DNA of 63,044 bases, the filler included, from Stramenopiles sp. TOSAG23-2 (taxonomy: Eukaryota): assembly GCA_900128395.1 (NCBI GenBank). It is 36 parts of 36 records of this genome, joined end to end, with 100 filler letters (N's around TTAATTAATTAA, not from the genome) between each part and the next. Parts side by side here need not be neighbours in the genome. Positions count along the whole stretch, not along the records: positions 38,686 to 40,336 come from LT652543.1; positions 40,437 to 42,086 come from LT652544.1; positions 42,187 to 43,836 come from LT652545.1; positions 43,937 to 45,586 come from LT652546.1; positions 45,687 to 47,335 come from LT652547.1; positions 47,436 to 49,082 come from LT652548.1; positions 49,183 to 50,829 come from LT652549.1; positions 50,930 to 52,576 come from LT652550.1; 28 more parts are not named here. The stretch is one strand, 5' to 3'. The notes under the pieces were generated by a model. That model searched no databases. It worked only from the letters and a program-made list of their open reading frames with translations, and was not told the origin of the DNA. The translations under genes were made by a program, and so were the position numbers. Below are positions 38,586-51,507 of the stretch, one piece after another. Numbering within the stretch: the stretch's first letter is position 1; each line of letters opens with the position of its first letter.

Positions 38586-39195
38586 NNNNNNNNNNNNNNN
38601 NNNNNNNNNNNNNNNNNNNNNNNNNNNNNTTAATTAATTAANNNNNNNNNNNNNNNNNNNNNNNNNNNNNNNNNNNNNNNNNNNNTTTTCAAAAAAAATA
38701 AAAAAAAAATAATACCTGGGGTGGTGGTGTGGTGGAATTTTAGAAATTAAAAAAGACTTCTTATTCTTATTCCTTATCCCCACACTAGGACTTTTTAAGG
38801 ATTTTGACATCTACATATATTCCCTATAATTAGGTTAGGATTAGGGTATACTGTAATTAAGCAAATGTCCAAAGACTTCTTTTTGAAATGTCCTCTCTTT
38901 GCGTCGTGTGTGTTCCGACTATCCTCTCTCAAAAAAACCGGGTGGTCATACATATCATATTATTACTTTCGTATACGACTTCGTAATATTTTAAAGATAT
39001 ATAATATATAATATTGAATTTTACCACATTAACCTGTGTTCGTATGCATAGACCCTTTTCATTAATTCAAAACTCATATGAAATTTGTAGATAAATATAT
39101 GCATCCTACATTGGATAAATTAACATCTAGAGTGCCGATTTATCTGAGAGAGACCTTCCAGTTTGTCAATATATATATATTTATTTTTTCTATTT

Positions 39196-40336
39196 TTAAT
39201 ATCCACCATCTGAATCTGAATCTGAACTGGAAGAACTGGAACTTGATGAACTCGAACTGCTTGACGATTCGTGTCCATTATTATTATTGTTGTTGTTACT
39301 GTTGTTGCTATTGTTATTTGCATTTCCAATATCTGTATTATGTTCGCGACTATGTTTTCCTTTCTCCATTTTTTTCATATCATCGTCATCATCATCATCG
39401 TTATTGCAATACAAATGAATATATCAGATGGCTTCGTAANNNNNNNNNNNNNNNNNNNNNNNNNNNNNNNNNNNNNNNNNNNNNNNNNNNNNNNNNNNNN
39501 NNNNNNNNNNNNNNNNNNNNNNNNNNNTTGCCACTACTATTATCTGATATATTCGCCGTGCCACCTGTAGAGCCATCTTTTTTTCTTTTCTTTTTATTTT
39601 TTTCTCGCATTACGAAGCCATCTGATATATTCATTTGTATTGCAATTTCCGCTAATTTTGGATAATGAATCTTTAATTGTTCTAAAAATTTCACTGCCAT
39701 CTTTTTTCGGCCTTTTCTAGTTTTTCTCCATACAAGTGGAAAGTTCACACTATCGCAGAAATTTTGGGTCACCGCTACCGTATCATCAATATTCAAAACA
39801 CCATGCCACCATCCACCGGGTAAGAAAATAGTATCTCCAGGATATTGTATGAATTCGATGTATTTTAAATTCTTAGACCGACCTTCCGCTTTAATACGTG
39901 GTAACATTTTTAAAAAGTAATCAATCGCTTCATCGTCTTCTCCAGGCAATTTATGATGTTTTCCTTTGACTAATGTTTTTGATGTTTCCGGTGGAAACAA
40001 TATCCAACGTTTTCTACCTCTTAATAATGTATTCCATGCACTTGTTGCTAATGGGTCGATATGCACACACGTACCAGATCGCCGTGGACCAATTAAAAAC
40101 CATCGATATGGTGGACGGCGTTTCTCACCAACTAGACGAAATAAATCTTCACGAAAATATTTTGGTGGTGAATAATGTTCGCAAAACGACTTTGTTTCTT
40201 CTCTTTCATCAAAACTACTATCAAATAAATACAAGGGGCTATCATCACGTTGATGATACATGTATTTCAAAAAATATTTTGTTTTTATTTTAACTTTGTA
40301 TCCATCATCGTCTTCCCCACATTTTAATAGTGTATT
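39196..40336 (-). CDS. JMJD6: JmjC arginine demethylase/lysyl hydroxylase JMJD6, 5' truncated, gap before poly-Ser tail
   Basis: PLYLFDSSF, RPPYRWF..GP.RSGT.VHIDPL.TSAWN, PGGWWH.VLN, TQNF, poly-Ser tail. Confidence 0.95.
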
Positions 40337-40718
40337 NNNNNNNNNNNNNNNNNNNNNNNNNNNNNNNNNNNNNNNNNNNNTTAATTAATTAANNNNNNNN
40401 NNNNNNNNNNNNNNNNNNNNNNNNNNNNNNNNNNNNAAGGTGTGTGCCACAATTTTGATTTTAGCAGGTGCATAGTATAGGGATAGGGTCCATAGACGAC
40501 TTTTCTTTTAAGTCTCGGGAACTAGGAAGGAAATATATAACTTATATACACTCTAAAAGATATATATGTATTTTTATAAAACTCATTTCAATATTTCCAC
40601 ATGGCGTCCTCTTTCCTCTTCATAAGGCATATATATGCACAAACATATATATTACACCTTTATCTGATTGAAGAATAAAGAACCAAAAAATTTCCATGCT
40701 TCATTACCATCATCAATA

Positions 40719-41747
40719 TTATTTATAAGATAGTTGTTTCAAAAAATTAAAAAATTGAAAAATAAATGCAAAAATTGTTTCTCGGATATTTGCTTTGATA
40801 ACACGTTTTACACCAGCTTTTGCAGCAGTATTCAATATTTTGATCATGAAACCACTATATAAAACAAAGAAACCTTCATTTTTTAAAATATTTTGAAAGA
40901 TTTCAAAACTTGTTAATTGTCGTCGTCGTTGTCTTGTTGTTGTTTCTACGACAACTTGAATTGTGTTGTTTTCAACATTTTTTTTTTGATTTTGTAATTT
41001 TGTTGTTGATTTTTTTTGTTGTTGCTGCCCTTTACCTTGTGCTTGTGTTTTTATTTTTAATGTTGTCATTGGATATGTCAATGATGCACTACATGTTTTA
41101 CTAAATATTCCTAATAAAAAAACGGAAAGGTTAGACATATTACGTATATCTCCTTTTAAACTTGGTGTACTGTTGACAATTATATTTGATATTTGATTAT
41201 ATAATGTATAATCAATGGCAGGATTTATTGATGAAAGAATTATACCAACTTTCAACCCATGATAAAAATTTTTAAAACTACCACCAGTTGATGAATAATA
41301 GATACCACGACATGCATCTATAGTTGAATTGTAATTACCTGCTTGCATTTGAACAGCAACTGTTTTAAATGGACATGAAACAATTTGTGTACATGCACCT
41401 GCAAACATACCGACTAATAAATTTGCACGAACAGTTAAAAAATTACGATTAAAAATACGATAATAAATATCACGATATGAACCATAAAAAAATTCAAATG
41501 ATATGATAAACATAACTATTTCTAATATACATGCTGGATAACTATTAAATACAATATCCATATTATTATACAATTTTTCCATGGTATAATCTCCATTAAA
41601 TTTATTTTTCATAACTTTAAGTGTATCAGATGGATGTAAAATCAATCCTGTAATAATCCCCCCTGTTGCCATGGATAAGGCGTCAGCAATATTACCCCAT
41701 ACAGTTCCTTTTAACGCATCACTAGCATATATTTGTACTTTGTCCAT
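40719..41747 (-). CDS. Peroxisomal nucleotide/cofactor carrier (SLC25A17/PMP34/Ant1-like)
   Basis: Three carrier repeats; NPAIDYTLY, FLLGIFSK..LTYP. Confidence 0.85.
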   Translation of the reverse strand: MDKVQIYASDALKGTVWGNIADALSMATGGIITGLILHPSDTLKVMKNKFNGDYTMEKLYNNMDIVFNSYPACILEIVMFIISFEFFYGSYRDIYYRIFNRNFLTVRANLLVGMFAGACTQIVSCPFKTVAVQMQAGNYNSTIDACRGIYYSSTGGSFKNFYHGLKVGIILSSINPAIDYTLYNQISNIIVNSTPSLKGDIRNMSNLSVFLLGIFSKTCSASLTYPMTTLKIKTQAQGKGQQQQKKSTTKLQNQKKNVENNTIQVVVETTTRQRRRQLTSFEIFQNILKNEGFFVLYSGFMIKILNTAAKAGVKRVIKANIRETIFAFIFQFFNFLKQLSYK

Positions 41748-42883
41748 TATTTAGTATGATGTACTATATATATTAATATATATATATCAAATGTATTCAA
41801 TACCAAAGTAATGATGAAAATAATACAATTTATTGAATCATATATTGTTTCTTCCTCCTACATTATACTTTATCCCATGTTATATAATCCTCTGTGTCAT
41901 CTTCTTTGTTTTTTCTATTCTACATATTGCAACCCGTTATCTATTTTTGAAAATATTATTATTATTATTATAAAAAGACTTTTACTTTAACTTTTTGCAC
42001 TACTACTGTACTACTACTACTTTAGTCCCCCCAGAGACGTAGATTTAGTGCTATGTGCCTTGTAAATCCCATCCAAACAGTGTTTCNNNNNNNNNNNNNN
42101 NNNNNNNNNNNNNNNNNNNNNNNNNNNNNNTTAATTAATTAANNNNNNNNNNNNNNNNNNNNNNNNNNNNNNNNNNNNNNNNNNNNCCGAGAAAAAAAAT
42201 GGATTTTAATTGGCTTGCTACGCAGTGTTCCGGTGTTCCCGAGAAAAGTAGCCTGAACTTAACGTTATAGAGGCGTATAGCATTAGCCCATGGTGTGTGC
42301 CTGCTAAATATACTAAAATACTTAACTCCTAAAACATGAAAGCCGTAGACTCTTTTGATAGGTCTCAACAGTACTTAACCATCCCAACACGGCTAAGAAC
42401 TCCCAGGCGAATAGCACTAATTCCAACAACTTCAAACAGACGTTCAAAAAGTCCGCAGCAGGTGTACAATACGGATATTTATAGATATAAGATGCCTTTC
42501 TGGATGATGGCACTAATATAAACCGTTAATCCGTTAATCATAATGGAATAAAAAATAGTAATATATTATATGGATAAAAATAATTTATGGTACTTTTACA
42601 CCCTCCAATTTGCATAATGCTATCGCCATGTAAAATAACTTGAAAACAAGCAAAAATGTTTTTGTCTCTAATTTTGGTATTCAAAATATTAGTAGGTGTT
42701 TACCATTAGGCGAGCAAATTGTCATAAGTCATAACATACAAATGTAATCAGATTTCGAGGGTGAGTATGGTGTTCAAGTATGAATTTAAATAGATAATTT
42801 ATTACAATTAGTGTATAGATTGCCGTCAAGATTTTTGGAGCAAAAAAATTCAGCTCCTATATTCATTTACTCCCAATCTTTTT

Positions 42884-43410
42884 TCATGTTATTGATACAG
42901 CAGATATCCAGGAATCGTTATGCCAGGTGATTTGCATCCAATCTTGGCCATTGGTCGTTATGGTGGTGGTCGCATTCACAAAGCGGCGGCCATAAAAATG
43001 GGTGAGCACTCCCCCGCTGGTGGTATGATTCGTAGGGCTCAAGTGAGTAACATGGCCTCTCCTGGTACATTCTACACCTTCGTTGGGATTGGACTTGTCC
43101 ACGCAGGCGTATGCGTCGGAATAGCCGTTGTCTTGACATTGGGTTGGCCGTTGAGTACAAGTTTTAATTCCCGAACCATCCAGGTTTCCTCCTTCCAAAT
43201 ATGTTATTTGACCAATATCAATACCTTGACCGTTTATGTTTGAATTAATTAGATGAATATTTGCTGTGGTGTAGTAAGATTGGATACCCATGGAAGTATT
43301 TGAGCTATCAAATGTAACCCCGTCTATAGTTGTTAGTGGCAAGTTACATTGCCGTGGAAGGAATTGGCAACGACTGGCACAAAACCCAGCGCGCGTTATA
43401 CTCAGTTGCA
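42884..43410 (-). CDS. Exon or fragment of a Cys-rich surface protein with IPT/TIG domain start
   Basis: CTQRPTQC..CVDK..C then VTHLSP..TSGG.LTHFYGRRF; GC-richer; TTGCAG acceptor-like site at 5' end. Confidence 0.55.
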
Positions 43411-44139
43411 GAAAATAAAGAATATTGGTACAAGTGTACAAATTAAGAAACAAATATGTACATATTTTACTTCCTTGTTGTAGTATATTTCATTACTGTT
43501 TTAAAAACAACGAATGTATGCCTAAAAATAATCAAACTTTTGTAACGAACGCACGTAGGCTCATAAATCCAGTTTCTGAAAAAAATATGTTTGACATACA
43601 TCAAAATATCCGCATGGGGAGGTGTTCGTATCGGAATTTTTATAGGAATGAATACCTTGAAAATAAGCATTTTTCCAGGTTTATTTGACAATTCCAGCTA
43701 GAATCCTCTATTTTGAGGCCAGTTTTAAGGATTTTAGCTGAAAAAGTTCGATGAGTTTGATTTTGGCGTTGGGAGTTTTCGGTAAAGTGGAGCCATGCTA
43801 TGTAGTGCTAATTCCAACTTTACGGCGAACTTTGCGNNNNNNNNNNNNNNNNNNNNNNNNNNNNNNNNNNNNNNNNNNNNTTAATTAATTAANNNNNNNN
43901 NNNNNNNNNNNNNNNNNNNNNNNNNNNNNNNNNNNNATATTAGCAGAAGATTATGGGAAACTATTCGCCGGGAAATGACCGAAGAATTCGATGGTAAAAT
44001 GGACAGTTTGCAACAATGAGATATGTTAAGAAATGTACTTCGGTACGTACAATTTAATTTAATATATAATATGATATGATGCATTAATTTATATATACGA
44101 ATTTTAAATTTTCACACAATAATAAATTCAATAAAGCAA

Positions 44140-45051
44140 TTAATTCTTCTTTTTTATTTTCTGCTTCTTTTCCTTCTTCTTATTATCTATATTATTACCT
44201 TCATTGGATTCTTCAACTGGTAATTTTCGTTTCCCCAATGTTATATCATCAACTAAATATTCAGATGGAATTGCAAACTCTGTATTATCAATTATTATAT
44301 ATTTCTCATCAGTTTTATCTATATTATTACCTTCATTGGATTCTTCAACTGGTAATTTTCGTTTCCCCAATGTTATATCATCAACTAAATATTCAGATGG
44401 AATTGCAAACTCTGTATTATCAATTATTATATATTTCTCATCAGTTTCTTTGAAGGTAACTTTACCCCATCCATCCCCACCAATTCTAGTTTGGTATGTG
44501 ATTTTGCTGATGATACTACTACTATCATCATCATCTTCATCTTTGCTACTAATTTCAAAAAGATGGATTTCAAATGAATAATTTCCATTTATTCTTTCGC
44601 AGTACGTTGCAGCCATTTGAGTTTCCTTTGAATTTAGTGTCATTGCCACAACTTCCCAGTTACCAACCTCTTTAATTGGATATGCTTTTATCTTGACTAC
44701 ATCTATAGTCCATAACCCAAAATTTTCACTGGCTGGCTCTGTGTAATCTGTCACTCCAACATAGATTTGTTTTTTTATAATTTGAAATTGATTAATTTTT
44801 CGCTTATTTCCAAGTAAATGAGCTTTCTGCATACCAGTTTTCGTATCTATCACAAATATACCACAATCTGTACCAACAAACGCAAGATCTGGCCCGTCTT
44901 TATTAAAATCTGTTACATGAATCACTTCAATGGCTTCAATGGGCTCATCCGTTTTTTCCACTGGCTTTAGCGTCACTTCGGTTTCCTTTGCTTCTTCATT
45001 TTTATATACAATTTTATCGCCATAGTTTTGAATTTCAAGTCTCCTAGCCAT
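44140..45051 (-). CDS. Hypothetical beta-propeller-like protein; 44 codons duplicated in frame
   Basis: Beta-strand pattern (LAFVGTDCGIFVID, LWTIDV, IHLFEI); exact 132-bp repeat 44183-44446. Confidence 0.65.
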   Translation of the reverse strand: MARRLEIQNYGDKIVYKNEEAKETEVTLKPVEKTDEPIEAIEVIHVTDFNKDGPDLAFVGTDCGIFVIDTKTGMQKAHLLGNKRKINQFQIIKKQIYVGVTDYTEPASENFGLWTIDVVKIKAYPIKEVGNWEVVAMTLNSKETQMAATYCERINGNYSFEIHLFEISSKDEDDDDSSSIISKITYQTRIGGDGWGKVTFKETDEKYIIIDNTEFAIPSEYLVDDITLGKRKLPVEESNEGNNIDKTDEKYIIIDNTEFAIPSEYLVDDITLGKRKLPVEESNEGNNIDNKKKEKKQKIKKKN

Positions 45052-46273
45052 CAACCTCTACGTTCTTCAATAATTTATACGTGATATATCTCTATATAAT
45101 CTAGAGATTATATTTTATAATATCTAATTTGTTAATTTTTCTGGTCTAATCTTTTATTTTTGTTTGAATTTCAAGTCTCCTAGCCATCAACCTCTACGTT
45201 CTTCAATAATTTATACGTGATATATCTCTATATAATCTAGAGATTATATTTTATAATATCTAATTTGTTAATTTTTCTGGTCTAATCTTTTATTTTTGCT
45301 GTCTATATATATATATATAAATTGTATAATATTAGAATGATACTGATGTAAATATTTAATTAAAAATGATGTGTATAATATATAATACAGGTACGACAAA
45401 AGTAGTATTAAAAATTTTCTCTTACTCATGTGCTCATGTAATATATAAATTTCTTTTACTCCCGGAAATTAACATCTCAAATCAAAAATGATAATCATAT
45501 ATATATTTAATTAAATATCATACATACAATGTATATATATCATTGTTCAATATGAAAAACTTCTTCCAATGTTTCACTAACCGGTGNNNNNNNNNNNNNN
45601 NNNNNNNNNNNNNNNNNNNNNNNNNNNNNNTTAATTAATTAANNNNNNNNNNNNNNNNNNNNNNNNNNNNNNNNNNNNNNNNNNNNTTATCAAAAATTCA
45701 AGAGATATTTTATCATCGATTACATCGTGATAAAAATATTATAGGAAAAGAGCTTAGGAATACGCGATTAAAAAAATGACAATTTTGGTACATTATTAGT
45801 ATAAGTAGTATAGCAATTTAAGATTTAAATATCCGATTTTGTCGATTTATTTGTGTGGTATATTTCCAGTTTTACTGTAATAATTTACGAATGGCAAAAC
45901 TTACGAAATTTAAATTATTGAAACCCGATTAATTTGTGTATTTGATAGTTAATATAGTGTTTAAGTATACTAAACAATTGTACCGAAAATTTTCTACTGG
46001 CCGGCACAGTAAAAGTTATATCGGGATTTATATATGGTTGGCACACAATGTGTTGCCATATTATTATTATTGTTATAATAGTTATAGCACATGCACATAT
46101 TGAATGATAAAGAATCACCTAATAAAAATAAAAAATAATAATAAATCAGTAATAATTGTGATGATGAAAGTTAATGTATAGTAGAAACATCCTATCCCGA
46201 TATATATATAAATTAATTCATATACATATATACACTTACGCGTACGTGTATATATAATATACAACGAGTAAAA

Positions 46274-46615
46274 ATGCCGAAAAAATATTATTGTGATTTT
46301 TGTGATATGTATTTAATGAAATCTTCACAAGGATCCCGAAAACAACATTTACAAGGTTATAAACATAGGGATAATGTAATAGCGTGGTATGGACAATATA
46401 TGCCGGGCTTTATGAATTCACAAGCTGGATTTGCATGGCAAGCTTGGTTTAACACAAATAATAGAGGACAAGAATTGCAATTCCCACCCTTAAAGGAAGG
46501 ATGGGTTATGAAAAAAGATACGTCACAAGGTGGCCGTCCATATTTTTATAATGAAGAGTTAAAAATAACGCAGTGGGAGTATCCTGGCGGCACGTGTTTA
46601 CCAGCCGCCACTTAA
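46274..46615 (+). CDS. U1-C-type zinc finger plus WW domain protein
   Basis: MPKKYYCDFCD..RKQHLQGYKHRDNV; GW..GRPYFYN..TQWEYP. Confidence 0.88.
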   Translation: MPKKYYCDFCDMYLMKSSQGSRKQHLQGYKHRDNVIAWYGQYMPGFMNSQAGFAWQAWFNTNNRGQELQFPPLKEGWVMKKDTSQGGRPYFYNEELKITQWEYPGGTCLPAAT

Positions 46616-46771
46616 TAAAGATATATCACGTATCATTTATTATATACGAGGAGTATTATACATATTTAAAAAAAAAAAAATACACACACCATATGAAGCA
46701 TATTATCGATCCCCTCTCTAATAATGCCCACAATATATTTATAAAAATATATTATGATGTACAAACTTTTT

Positions 46772-47335
46772 TTACCTTTTCTTCTTCTTTCCACCATTTT
46801 TTTTCTTTTTACCACCACCACCACCACCTTTCTGTTTTTTTCCTTTGTTCATTTTCTTAGACATTTTAGCAGCTTTTGATGTATTAATTTGAACATCGCT
46901 TACCATAGCAGCAATAGCTTCAGCATCATTAACTGCTCTTATCAATTCTTTCTCCCGTTTTGTTGTTCCTTCTTTTACATTTTGTAAGAAATATTGCAAA
47001 ACAGCTTTGCAAGATCTACCTCGCCGTTGAGATCCTGGTGTTAATTTTACTTTATATTTATATTTGCTCATCGTGGAATATGGCGCGCTTACAGGTAGAC
47101 AAAATAGAATAGTATCTTCTGCTCTAGGAGTCGCAGTTAAGGCACGTAGCTGTTCTTCAGGTAAATCCAATGGTGTGTTGTCATCTACTTTTACTGTTGA
47201 TTGTTTCACATGATTATTGTTTCGTTTCTCGTTGTCATTCTTACTTTTGCCACTCTTTTTTTTATCACCTGTCTCGTCACCTTCAATTGAGGAATTCACC
47301 TCAGATTCGGTCTTTGGTTCTGGCATTGGATTTCC
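46772..47335 (-). CDS. NEMF: Ribosome quality-control factor NEMF/Rqc2, C-terminal domain
   Basis: LTATP..ED.ILF..PV.APYS.M.KYKYKVKLTPG..RG. Confidence 0.9.
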   Translation of the reverse strand, partial: GNPMPEPKTESEVNSSIEGDETGDKKKSGKSKNDNEKRNNNHVKQSTVKVDDNTPLDLPEEQLRALTATPRAEDTILFCLPVSAPYSTMSKYKYKVKLTPGSQRRGRSCKAVLQYFLQNVKEGTTKREKELIRAVNDAEAIAAMVSDVQINTSKAAKMSKKMNKGKKQKGGGGGGKKKKNGGKKKKR

Positions 47336-47435
47336 NNNNNNNNNNNNNNNNNNNNNNNNNNNNNNNNNNNNNNNNNNNNTTAATTAATTAANNNNNNNNN
47401 NNNNNNNNNNNNNNNNNNNNNNNNNNNNNNNNNNN

Positions 47436-47480
<45 letters not shown>
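47436..47480. repeat. Poly(A) tract at contig edge
   Basis: ~45 consecutive A. Confidence 0.95.
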
Positions 47481-47483
<3 letters not shown>

Positions 47484-47660
47484 TTCTTCCGGAGATTATT
47501 ATAATAAAGATTAAAGAAGAGATAAGAGATAAAGACAAAAAGAAGAAGTGATAAAATTACACACCCACCGGCGTGCAACAGAAAATTATTGTTTGTTTGC
47601 TTGTTTGTTTTGTTCTGTTTTGTTTGTTTAAATTGTGTGAATAATACAACAAAATATAGT

Positions 47661-48621
47661 ATGGCTTCGATGATTGTTGATGAGTTGATGAATTTGAAAA
47701 CAGAGGAAACAGTGACAGAGGAAAATAAGGAAAAAAAATTAAGAGAAAGTATTAATGATTTGTTGAGACCTGATGATGGAATTATGGAAGAGCTGAATGC
47801 AATTACTATTAAGCTTATGAAACAGGTTGACGATGATTGGCATGATGGATGGCAAGAACAGGGTGAGACGTTTGATGAGTGGCTGGAACTTCTTAAATGT
47901 CCTCTCCAAACTGTTTTACATGTTGGTATCAGAAATGGTATTATGCTAAAAGAATGCAACGAAGTCTTAAAAATAATTTCACACTCATGGCGTAATATAT
48001 ATAATACCAACATGCGGTGCTTTGAGCAACAGTTTGATGGAGATTGGGATGTTGATTTTTCTCCCCCAGATGGTAAGGATGTTATTGCTGGCCACGAATA
48101 TGAATGTCATGGAGTTTGTTTGGAATTTACTTTTACGCAAACATGTATCTATGGTGAATGCCAATAATACAGATGTTCTCCTTCAATGTATCAAGGATTG
48201 TGATTCAAATGATTTTAGTTTGGGTTTATATGAAGGTGAAATGGATGAGGAATATAAAAGAAACAATAATATTGAGGAGGAATATAAGGACATTACAGAC
48301 AATTTACAATTAACAAGTTCTGATTTAAAGGGGCTTGAAAAATATGTGGAAGAAAATAAAAGCAAATGGAAAGTTCTTCCTGATACTCGCACAAATCTTC
48401 GACCCGATCCTTTCAAGCAACCGGCTACCTATGGAGATGATGACCGGGTACCTTATTGGGAACATGGAGAGATGCAATATGTTCATCCATCATGGTTAGA
48501 TGGTACGCCTGCTGAATTCGTAGAATTGAATAATCGCTGTAAAGGTATGAAAACTAAAAGAGAGTTAAAAGAAATGCTTGGCTACTATAGGAGTAAGAAC
48601 GACATGTTGATATACGGATGA
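47661..48621 (+). CDS. Acidic hypothetical protein in two overlapping frames (frameshifted gene or pseudogene)
   Basis: ORF 47661-48167 overlaps a second protein-like frame ending at 48621. Confidence 0.55.
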
Positions 48622-49182
48622 TGAAATTCAAAATTCAAAGACCGACGAGACGAAAAGCGAAAAAGGTAATCACGACCAGTATACTACTAAAAGAAGAATA
48701 CAAAAGTTAAAATTAAATCATCATATGTTGATATTCAGTTTTTATTTCCATATCTTTCACTTGTGCATACCCCTTTGATCCATTTCTTTTATATTGTTGT
48801 GGCATTGTTTAATTGCTCTATGCATACCATATCGACCTTAGTCTTATCTTCCTCGACGATTAATTCGTCGCTTATTTCGTTCTTCTTTATGTTAAGATTT
48901 TGAGTAAATGCGTGTATATTATTATATGCCCCCCCCCCGCCCCCCCCTACTCCATATATAATATAATGCAGTGTACCTCAAATACATATATGTGTATTCG
49001 ATGAATTCACTTTGAAATCCCATGTACATCCATTTTGTTCTCCTGCAACTAATGCTTTTGCTGGTAAAGACGATGTATTTAANNNNNNNNNNNNNNNNNN
49101 NNNNNNNNNNNNNNNNNNNNNNNNNNTTAATTAATTAANNNNNNNNNNNNNNNNNNNNNNNNNNNNNNNNNNNNNNNNNNNN

Positions 49183-50829
49183 TATAGTTGAATTACTTTT
49201 AAATATGAAAAATATTGATGTTAATAAACCAGAAAAGGATGGAGCAACACCATTATATGTTGTATCGGGTAATGGTCGTAAAGATATAGTTGAATTACTT
49301 TTAAATATGAAAAATATTGATGTTAATACACAACTGAACAGTAGTGGAGATACGCCATTATCAATTGCATCAGGAAATGGTCATAAAGATATAGTTGAAT
49401 TACTTTTAAATATGAAAAATATTGATGTTAATAAACCAAACAAGAATGGAGCAACACCATTATATATTGCATCAGCTAATGGCCATAAAGATATTGTTGA
49501 ATTACTTTTAAATATGAAAAATATTGATATTAATAAATCAACAAATACAGGAATGACATCATTATATATTGCATCACAAAAAGACCATAAAGATATAGTT
49601 GAATTACTTTTAAATATGAAAAATATTGATGTTAATAAACCAGAAAAGAATGGAGCTACACCATTACGTATTGCATCACAAGAAGGCCATAAAGATATAG
49701 TTGAATTACTTTTAAATGCAAAAAATATTGATGTCAATAAGGCAACAAATAAAGGATCAACGCCATTATGTATTGCATCACGAGATGGCCATAAAGATAT
49801 AGTTGAATTACTTTTAAATATGAAAAATATTGATGTTAATAAAGCAAGAGATGATGGAATAACACCCTTATTTGGTGCATCAGCTCATGGATATATAGAA
49901 ATCGTTGAGTTGCTTTTAAATGCAAAGAACATCAATGCAAATGCAGCAGTGAAGGGTGGAACTACTCCATTAATGATTGCATCAGGAAATAATCATAAAG
50001 ATGTTCATAAATTATTATTGTCACATTTACAGCATATATCCGAGCAAAACTATTTAGAATTACTCAAAGAAGAACAAGATGACAAAACACAAAAATCAAA
50101 GAAGAAAAAAAAGAAGAAAAAGAAGAAGAAAAATAAAAAAACATCTGATTCTGATATGGTACAAATTATTCAAAAACAATTATCTAGTACTGCAATCATA
50201 GACAATAGTAATAATAACAACAACAACATCAATAACAACAAAAAAACAGAACCAATAATACTTCAAAATAATGATTCAAACCCATCACAAAAACAAAATA
50301 ACATTCATACAAGCGATAAACTAGAACAACAAATACCTCCAGCACCAAATACAAAACCACAAATTTACACTAGTCCAGAAAAACTTGCATCATGGTCTGT
50401 CGAAGAAGTTATTAAATGGATTGAAAGCTTACCATTATCAGAAGAACAAAATGTTGCATGGAAACCATTAATTATTAAATATTTTACAGAAGAAGAAATT
50501 GATGGTGAAGAATTTGATCTTGTAACATTAAAAATATTAAAAAAAAAGTTCAAAAGAGCAGGTTTAGATGATCCAGAGCTGGCAGCAAAAATAATTCTTG
50601 AATTTCGTGATGCTTCAAAAGAGAGTAAAAATGATGACCCAATTTCTTTTAATGAAAAAACTGATAGACTTGGCCATGGTCGATTTGGTTATGTATTTAA
50701 AGCATTACAACATAGTACAGGAAAATTCATCGCAGTAAAACGAGTAGAAAGACTACGATTTGATGCTGAAGGTGGAAAAAAAGAAATTGATGTTTTATTA
50801 CATGTACGAAATACTGAAGATGGCACTTT
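49183..50829 (+). CDS. Ankyrin repeats, SAM domain and protein kinase start; truncated both ends
   Basis: ~8 G.TPL..AS..GHKDIVELLL repeats; WSVEEVIKWI..EEIDGE; LGHGRFGYV..AVKRV..E. Confidence 0.92.
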
Positions 50830-51147
50830 NNNNNNNNNNNNNNNNNNNNNNNNNNNNNNNNNNNNNNNNNNNNTTAATTAATTAANNNNNNNNNNNNNNN
50901 NNNNNNNNNNNNNNNNNNNNNNNNNNNNNATATTATTTCGAAAAGCATGTGTTGAATATAAAATAATACTATAACAAGAAGAAGTGCAAGTTTCCCTTTT
51001 ACTACCATAGATCTATACCTTTTGATAAATAAATAAAATAACTGTAATAAATAAAGGCTGTTGTCATATTAGTACTTGTTATATTACATAAACTATATAG
51101 GAAAACTCAGAGGTCGTCTGCATATGCATCATATATCATATAATATG

Positions 51148-51243
51148 CGAATCTAAATCATCGCGAATCTCGACGAATAATCTGCGAATCTGGCACTCTG
51201 CGAATATCTGCTGCATGCCAGCATGCCTGGCATGCGAGAATTG
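51148..51243. repeat. Cluster of GCGAATCT-like and GCATGC motifs
   Basis: Four to five gcgaat(ct) copies followed by three gcatgc palindromes. Confidence 0.6.
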
Positions 51244-51507
51244 CACACATATTAGCCCAACAAAATTACAAATATTTTTTATCTTAATCTGAAAAGACAC
51301 AGAGACGACGGTGTATCAACGGTGTGGATCAATGCAATACTTCGCGATCTTTCCTTTGATACCTCTAATATAAAGATGTCTTCCACAACAGTAAAAATGC
51401 CTAAACACTAAACACTTTTATATTTTATACTAAATATATAAATATCTCTTGTAAATAAAGCAACACCCAGACATAAAAACATTTTACCACACGCGCGCGT
51501 ATTAATT

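Noticed and set aside
39403-39646. 37-bp inverted repeat within JMJD6
   Set aside because: Exact inverted copy of coding sequence abutting an N gap; typical chimera or gap-fill artefact
44183-44446. 44-aa internal protein repeat as a real domain duplication
   Set aside because: Nucleotide-identical copies of the same size class as the frameshifting artefacts
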